Source: an uncultured archaeon
GTDB lineage: Archaea > Asgardarchaeota > Thorarchaeia > Thorarchaeales > Thorarchaeaceae
Length of the DNA: 64,000 bases
Assembly (NCBI GenBank): GCA_964631415.1
Contig: CAZVZC010000001.1
Span: forward strand, 100,638-164,637
Reading direction: 5' to 3'
The notes beneath the pieces are model-generated. The model saw only the letters and a list, made by a program, of their open reading frames with translations, ran no database searches and was not told the origin of the DNA. The translations under genes were made by a program, and so were the position numbers. Positions 58,536-64,000 of this stretch are shown here, piece by piece (position 1 is the first letter of the stretch; each line of letters opens with the position of its first letter).

Positions 58536-58613
58536 CCGACTGGAGGGCAACGCCTCTCAGGGCGCTAAAAGGTTTATCATTGTTGTGGACAGAGAACAGT
58601 AGAGGTACGACTC

Positions 58614-59606
58614 ATGACCCTCCATGACATCGGCGAACGCGGCTTTCTAGCAAGCATACAGAGTATGGTGAAACAAGTACCAGGTGCCCGGCTAGCGTTC
58701 GATGACGATGCTTCCGACATTCCGCTCGCCGGAGGCAAGCACATGGTAATCAAGGTTGATACTTTCAACAGTGGTTCCGACTGGCTGCCAGGCATGACGG
58801 AGGCCCAAGTCGGTAGGAAAACCGCAGTCTTGGCAATGAGCGATCTGGCCGCTAAGGGGGCGGCACCCATTGCCAGCATGTTGTCCCTTTGTGTGCCAAA
58901 GGACCGAGAGGTGAACTCGGTCAGGGAAATGATTAGAGGTTACTCGCAGTATTGCATGATGAATGGAGCCAGCTTCATAGGCGGTGACATGGGCACCTCA
59001 TGTGAAACGGTGCTCACGGCTGTCATGCTCGGCACTGCAGTAGGAGATCGAATCGTAGCCAGAAATGGCGCAATGAGTGGTGACATCGTCGCTGTGACAG
59101 GTGTGTTCGGACTAACATCTGTCGCTTTCAGAATACTTCTCGACGGGTTGAGTTCTTCAGACACACTAAGGAGTCGAGCTCTGACTGCAGTCTACAGGCC
59201 AGAGATCAACTTGCGCCTTGTTCCAGCGCTTGCTCAGGCAAAGGCCGTCACAGCGAGCATGGACAGTAGCGATGGTCTGGCAATCACACTCAACACCATA
59301 GCGTCGCAGAGCAATCTTGCATTCAGTATCGACAACCTTCCCGTGGCAGAAGGTGTCGCCGAGTTCGCAGAATCACACGGCTTCAATCTCCTCGATGTGG
59401 TGGCGAGAGGAGGCGAGGAGTTCTCGCTCGTTCTCACGGTTCCCGCAGACAAATGGGACAAAGCCATGTCGATAGCGCGTCAGAGCCATGCCGAGCTGAT
59501 TCCCATTGGCCATTCGCACGAGGGCAATGGCGTCCTGTGGGAGAGTCCTGAGGGACCTGTCGTCATACCCCCTGTAGGCTATGATGACTTCAAGGAGTGG
59601 AGTTAG
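58614..59606 (+). CDS. thiL: thiamine-monophosphate kinase
   Basis: GERGF, DDA, MSDLAAKGA.P, GGD, MDSSDGL, GGEEF. Confidence 0.92.
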   Translation: MTLHDIGERGFLASIQSMVKQVPGARLAFDDDASDIPLAGGKHMVIKVDTFNSGSDWLPGMTEAQVGRKTAVLAMSDLAAKGAAPIASMLSLCVPKDREVNSVREMIRGYSQYCMMNGASFIGGDMGTSCETVLTAVMLGTAVGDRIVARNGAMSGDIVAVTGVFGLTSVAFRILLDGLSSSDTLRSRALTAVYRPEINLRLVPALAQAKAVTASMDSSDGLAITLNTIASQSNLAFSIDNLPVAEGVAEFAESHGFNLLDVVARGGEEFSLVLTVPADKWDKAMSIARQSHAELIPIGHSHEGNGVLWESPEGPVVIPPVGYDDFKEWS

Positions 59607-61325
59607 CTGGCCCGCATTGTCATTGTAGATGGATATGTGGATGAACCGACTTGCCTTGGAGTCCCGCCTTACATCAGCCCATATCCCCGATACATTGCTG
59701 GAGCCATTTGGACACATGATCCTCATGCAGACGTAGTCTACGAAACAATCGACCAAGTCAGAATCAATGTTGATGCTGCCCGGTCTGTCTGGATGCGTGC
59801 ACAGGCACTGATCCTTATTGCAGGCATGATTGTGCCAGGAAAGTACTTGGGCGGTACTCCAATCTCCGTCAGGGAGGCCAAGGAGTTCTTCTCGACAAAC
59901 GCTCTTGTTGATGTACCAAAGCTCCTGGTCGGTCCATGGGCACGTTTCGGATGTGGACTTGACGGAGGCAGGCTTGCACTGAGTTCCGACGTTCTCTCCC
60001 CTCCCTTCGACTACATTGTTCGGGGGGATGCAGAAGTGGTGATTGCAGGTCTCGCCCAAAACAGCTGGGACTTTTCGTCTGTCGATTTCAATCAGGTCAG
60101 GGCAGGGCCTCAGGAGATTGAAGAGTATGCGCTCAGAGGGAGTGCCATTGTCAATCAGCATCCTGGTCATTCAAAGAAGCACCTGATATGTGAAATCGAA
60201 ACCTACCGAGGCTGTCCTCGATACATCACTGGTGGTTGTTCCTTCTGTGTTGAACCCCTTTATGGTCCCCCTGCACAACGGGAGCCAGATGGCATAGCGA
60301 GAGAAGTCGGGGCGCTCTATGAGCACGGAGTCAGGGCCTTCCGTATCGGACGACAGGCAGACTTGTTCACTTATGGATCAAAGGAGATGGGCGAAACAGA
60401 GTTTCCAACGCCTGCGCCGCAAGTCATTGAGTTACTCTTCTCCAAGATACGGAAGGCCGCGCCAGATCTTGAAGTTCTGCACATAGACAACGTCAACCCG
60501 GGCACAGTCGCAAGGCATCCAGAAGAGAGCAAAGCTGTGACCCGAGCAATCATGAAGCACCACACCCTGGGTGATGTGGCCGCCTTCGGACTGGAATCAC
60601 TAGACCCCGAGGTGAAGAAACGTAACAACCTCAAGGTGACCGCCGAAGAGGCCATGACGGCGATAAGGATTCTAAACGAAGTGGGAGGCCAGAGACCGCC
60701 ATGGGAGTTGCCACATCTGCTCCCGGGCATCAACCTTCTGTATGGCTTGCCGGGCGAGAGCCGAAGGACCATGCAGTACAATATGGACTTCCTGAAGGAG
60801 GTGCTGGACCAAGGACTGATTGTCAGGCGAATCAATATAAGACAGGTTGTCAGGTTCCCGAATACGCGGATATTCACGGATGAGAAAGGCGGACTGAAGC
60901 ATAACGAGTTCATACGACACAAGGAAGAGATCAGGCAGCAGATTGACCAAGTCATGATCAAAAGGGTGGCCCCATATGGAACGGTGATTCGTTCAACATA
61001 CGTCGAGGGGCGCGAAGGAAACCTGCACCTGATGCGTCAACTCGGTACATACCCTCTGCTTTGCCACATGCCTATGGGTCCGGACATTCCACCTTTATGC
61101 AACGTGTTCGTTGTGGATCACGGCCCAAGATCACTGACCGTTCTTCCGTTTCCATTCTTGGCCAACCACGCCAGCTTGGCGCAGTGGAGAGTCATTCCAG
61201 GAATTGGAGCTAAGAGGGCCGCAAGGATGAAGAGTGCTGGTCCATGGAGCAATTTGAACCAAGTAGAGGAACGGCTCTCCATGGAGCTGACAGACTGGTT
61301 CAAGAGATGTGTGGTTTTCGAATAG
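59607..61325 (+). CDS. radical SAM protein (CX7CX2C) with C-terminal HhH
   Basis: DGYVDEPTCLGVPPYISPY, ETYRGCPRYITGGCSFC, IPGIGAKRA; probable CTG start at 59607. Confidence 0.85.
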   Translation: MARIVIVDGYVDEPTCLGVPPYISPYPRYIAGAIWTHDPHADVVYETIDQVRINVDAARSVWMRAQALILIAGMIVPGKYLGGTPISVREAKEFFSTNALVDVPKLLVGPWARFGCGLDGGRLALSSDVLSPPFDYIVRGDAEVVIAGLAQNSWDFSSVDFNQVRAGPQEIEEYALRGSAIVNQHPGHSKKHLICEIETYRGCPRYITGGCSFCVEPLYGPPAQREPDGIAREVGALYEHGVRAFRIGRQADLFTYGSKEMGETEFPTPAPQVIELLFSKIRKAAPDLEVLHIDNVNPGTVARHPEESKAVTRAIMKHHTLGDVAAFGLESLDPEVKKRNNLKVTAEEAMTAIRILNEVGGQRPPWELPHLLPGINLLYGLPGESRRTMQYNMDFLKEVLDQGLIVRRINIRQVVRFPNTRIFTDEKGGLKHNEFIRHKEEIRQQIDQVMIKRVAPYGTVIRSTYVEGREGNLHLMRQLGTYPLLCHMPMGPDIPPLCNVFVVDHGPRSLTVLPFPFLANHASLAQWRVIPGIGAKRAARMKSAGPWSNLNQVEERLSMELTDWFKRCVVFE

Positions 61326-61392
61326 GACCATCTCATCCGACATCAGCCATTTCTTGGAACACTGACCGATACATGGAGCATTGAGAAGGCTT

Positions 61393-61529
61393 TGGCGGGC
61401 CCGGTGGGACTTTCGACCGCCATGCGACATGAACGGTTTTCGAACCCACGACTTCTAGCTTTCATCAGGCCTGCGATTTGGCATGACCTCTAGAGGGCTA
61501 GCGCCCTGTCCTGGCTGGGCAACGGGCCC
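61393..61529 (-). tRNA. tRNA-Arg(UCU) with two introns (37/38: 61461-61490; 59/60: 61410-61438); CCA encoded
   Basis: GGGCCCG acceptor with G73, D loop with A20, CTAGC/GCTAG stem, strict BHB in T loop; 78 nt after splicing. Confidence 0.85.
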
Positions 61530-61649
61530 ACTCATGACCCCTCTCACAAGAAGGGTGCAAAAACACTCGCGAGAGGCTCGTCTTATAGACACTTCGGTGT
61601 ACAGTAGACCACGACAGGGTTTCTCACCCCACAGAAATCGGTTGCACAC

Positions 61650-61901
61650 CTAGCTGAGAACAAACTCCGGGGGAAACATGACAAAGTACTCTATGACTAC
61701 TGCGAGGATTATGCCACTTAACACGAGAGCCTTTCCCTTGGTCTGATTCACATCTGTATGCCAGAGTATCGCCCCCGCCAGCACGACAATCGCAGACGAT
61801 GCTGTACCGATGAAGATCAAGAAGTCCCAGATCTCAGCAAGATAGACTGCGATCATCTGTATGAAGTTGGCCAGTGGACTAAGACTCTCGAAGAATAGCA
61901 T
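61650..61901 (-). CDS. small two-TM membrane protein (pilin-like hairpin)
   Basis: VVLAGAILW....KGKALVLSGII. Confidence 0.65.
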   Translation of the reverse strand: MLFFESLSPLANFIQMIAVYLAEIWDFLIFIGTASSAIVVLAGAILWHTDVNQTKGKALVLSGIILAVVIEYFVMFPPEFVLS

Positions 61902-61962
61902 CCGTCATCCCGGCAGCTTGTCATGTGCACTCAATATAAACTCCTGAATGGGAAATCGCCGC

Positions 61963-62745
61963 CTACCGGCCCCGAAGCCCCTCGCAGAAAGCCAACACAT
62001 TCTTTCCTAGGTCCTGATGATTATAACCTCCTTCAAGTAGTCCGAAACGTCGTCCATCGCACTGACTCTCTGCGAAATCGTACATCAACCGACCTATCTT
62101 TCGGAATGCCTCTGTGGACAGGTTCTGTCCCCAACAATGCTCGTACTCGTCGAATCCCGCCGATGCAGCAATCATGTCCACGCTGGGGCATCCGTCCAGT
62201 GCACTCTTGACGTCTGCCAAGTAATCGCCATCTCCATGTGCATGTGGGTTGTAGATGTGGAAGTCCTCCTCGCGTCCGAGGATGTCGATAGTGCCGTCTC
62301 CAACGTGCAGGTCGAAGTCCAGTATGAGAGCGGACTTGATGATGTGTTTCGAACGTAGGTGGAGAAGGGCTACAGCCATGTTGTTGAAGTAACAGAATCC
62401 CCAGTAGTTGCGGGCAGAGGCGTGGTGGCCAGGTGGTCGAATCAACCCAAATGCCGGCTCCCCCATTGCGGCGAATTTGGCTGTCAGAATGGCACCGCCT
62501 GCTGCTAATGCGGCCATCTCGTAGACCCGTTTGGTGTTCGATGAGGCGTCTTCATCTTTCACTCTCTCCAATACGCATCGGTCGTGTGCGCGCAGCAGGT
62601 CCTCCTCAGGCGCATAGTCTGGCAGGATCAGGTCGTAATCAGAATTGTTATGGAATGCCTCGATTGCCGTATCGAGTCTCCCGGGTGCTCCCGCAGGCGT
62701 GTTGTCGTAAGACTCTCTCATGCGAGGATGGAACACTATCTCCAC
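61963..62745 (-). CDS. histone deacetylase-family amidohydrolase
   Basis: RPPGHHA, GFCYFNN, DFDLH.GDGT, SAGFD, LEGGY. Confidence 0.93.
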   Translation of the reverse strand: MEIVFHPRMRESYDNTPAGAPGRLDTAIEAFHNNSDYDLILPDYAPEEDLLRAHDRCVLERVKDEDASSNTKRVYEMAALAAGGAILTAKFAAMGEPAFGLIRPPGHHASARNYWGFCYFNNMAVALLHLRSKHIIKSALILDFDLHVGDGTIDILGREEDFHIYNPHAHGDGDYLADVKSALDGCPSVDMIAASAGFDEYEHCWGQNLSTEAFRKIGRLMYDFAESQCDGRRFGLLEGGYNHQDLGKNVLAFCEGLRGR

Positions 62746-63071
62746 GGCTTGCCATCTCTTGAATACGTATGGAAACTATGCCATCTCTTTAGCCTTCATG
62801 GGGTGAGAAATACTCGGTCCTGAGTTCCTGCCTTAGCACCTGACGAGTAAGTTTGAGTCAACAAAAATCGTGTGAGAGCGCTAGCTCCTCTAATAGTCCT
62901 CACGGCTTGACTGGTCCGAGCCTTCCGGAACCTGTGCCGTGAATATAGGCGTCGTCGGTTCTCTCTGAATATAGCAGTGTGAGAAATACAAAAGACAGAC
63001 TTGGACAGACAGGCTCGCGACCTGCCTGCCCAGATGACACTAAAGAGGATGCAACAACATGGAGATCACTC

Positions 63072-63383
63072 TTAGCCAAAGAGACTCCCCAAGCCTGCAG
63101 TGAACTCTTCCTCTTTCTTCTCTTCCTTCTTCTCTTCCTTCTTCTCCGCAACTGCAGGAGCTCCCGCTGCGGCTGCTGGCCCAGCGGCACCCGCGGCTGC
63201 TACAGGCATGGCAACGCTCTTCAGAGCATCATCAATGTTCACACCCTCAAGAGCTGCAAGCAGAGCCTTGACTCTGTTCTTGTCAGTCTTCACACCTGCG
63301 GCGGTGAGAACGGCTTCCATGTTCTTCTCATTGATTGCCTGGCCTGCCTTGTGGAGCAGTAGTGCAGAGTACACATATTCCAT
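63072..63383 (-). CDS. rpl12: ribosomal stalk protein P1 (L12)
   Basis: [11 protein letters not shown], Ala-rich hinge, acidic tail, GLGSLFG. Confidence 0.97.
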   Translation of the reverse strand: MEYVYSALLLHKAGQAINEKNMEAVLTAAGVKTDKNRVKALLAALEGVNIDDALKSVAMPVAAAGAAGPAAAAGAPAVAEKKEEKKEEKKEEEFTAGLGSLFG

Positions 63384-63406
63384 GTTTCATTACCTCGGTT
63401 TTTCAC

Positions 63407-64000
63407 TCATCCAAACAGACTTCCAATGCTCGGCGCTCCTTCCTCCTCCTTCTTCTCCTCTTTCTCAGGCTTCTTCTTCTTGGAGGTGCTGGGAGCAGGA
63501 GCAGTCGCTGCAGCTGCTACAGGAGTCCGGAATCTTGCCAGAATCTCCGGTGGCACTGCTTCCGGGTTCTTGCCTGAAAGCACAGCGGCCAGAGCAAAAG
63601 CCCCTGAGTCTGCCTTTACCAAGAACTCTCTCACCATCTCTGGCACGAAGAAGCCAACATTGATGGCCAAGGTCTTGGCGTCTAGGTCCGCCCTCGCAAT
63701 TATCATCGGGATCGTGTCTGCTGTCGGATAGCTGACATTGACTGACAGGTTCACGGCGTACTGATGTCCTAGGATGACTTCTTCGAGCAGTTTCTTCAAG
63801 TCTACCTCAAAAGCGTCAGAAGTAAACACTGCACCGTCTGTGTATACCGCCACGAGCTTCAGTTGGAGCTCCATTGGCTCAATACCAAGTCTCCCAAGCA
63901 TCTGCGCCAGCGCATTTGATATGACCTCCCCCTGCTTAGCTACGACCGTATCATCGGTGATGTATATAACACCGGTCTTCACACGTGCCGGGATCTTCAA
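63407..64000 (-). CDS. rplP0: ribosomal protein P0 (uL10), 5' part outside window
   Basis: LGIEPME, A.NLSVN..YPT, C-terminal GSLFG. Confidence 0.95.
   Translation of the reverse strand: MKIPARVKTGVIYITDDTVVAKQGEVISNALAQMLGRLGIEPMELQLKLVAVYTDGAVFTSDAFEVDLKKLLEEVILGHQYAVNLSVNVSYPTADTIPMIIARADLDAKTLAINVGFFVPEMVREFLVKADSGAFALAAVLSGKNPEAVPPEILARFRTPVAAAATAPAPSTSKKKKPEKEEKKEEEGAPSIGSLFG

Noticed and set aside
61455-61501. Alternative reading of tRNA-Arg as a CUA-anticodon (Pyl/amber suppressor) tRNA with a 6-bp stem CTAGCC/GGCTAG
   Set aside because: BHB geometry supports the 37/38 splice giving UCU; acceptor stem, A20, G73, full D loop and TTCG are Arg-like, not tRNA-Pyl-like
63100-63210. Low-complexity TTCTCTTCC and GCT/GCA repeats
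   Set aside because: They encode the normal Ala hinge and Glu/Lys tail of ribosomal P1
1-64000. Selenoproteins, inteins, CRISPR arrays, transposons or prophage
   Set aside because: By eye I found no in-frame TGA with continued homology, no intein insertions, no regular repeat-spacer array and no mobility genes; not computationally excluded

Overview
This 64 kb window is gene-dense archaeal core chromosome, very probably from an Asgard archaeon. A Thorarchaeia-like assignment is inferred from gene content only: Roadblock/MglA cluster, ribophorin-I homologue, RPL35Ae and an RPA32-like protein. I see no transposase, integrase or CRISPR array. It encodes translation and ribosome-biogenesis genes (rpl35Ae, rpl10e, P0/P1, EF-1beta, aIF2beta, aIF1A, NMD3, RIO1, Dim2, SRP54, DHS), DNA metabolism (Hef, FEN1, RPA-like, Topo VI, UDG), Cdc48, an interrupted A/V-ATPase F-A-//-B cluster, metabolic genes (ACD, AOR, GcvPA/PB, LipS1, DeoC, ThiL, RibL), and glycosylation genes. 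Four tRNAs are present and all carry introns, two of them at non-canonical positions. Most notable: (1) a 985-aa ribophorin-I (OST1)-like membrane protein whose N-terminal DOMON-like domain is split by an inserted FKBP-like prolyl-isomerase fold, divergent from an Alg7/AglH-type gene; (2) an unannotated box C/D guide RNA predicted to methylate large-subunit rRNA helix 69 at the A1913 equivalent, a site methylated in yeast; (3) a three-hairpin RNA element with complementary loops upstream of an unknown membrane gene; (4) a four-repeat AAA-lid/histone-fold-like protein. All product calls come from motif recognition by eye; no database searches were run.
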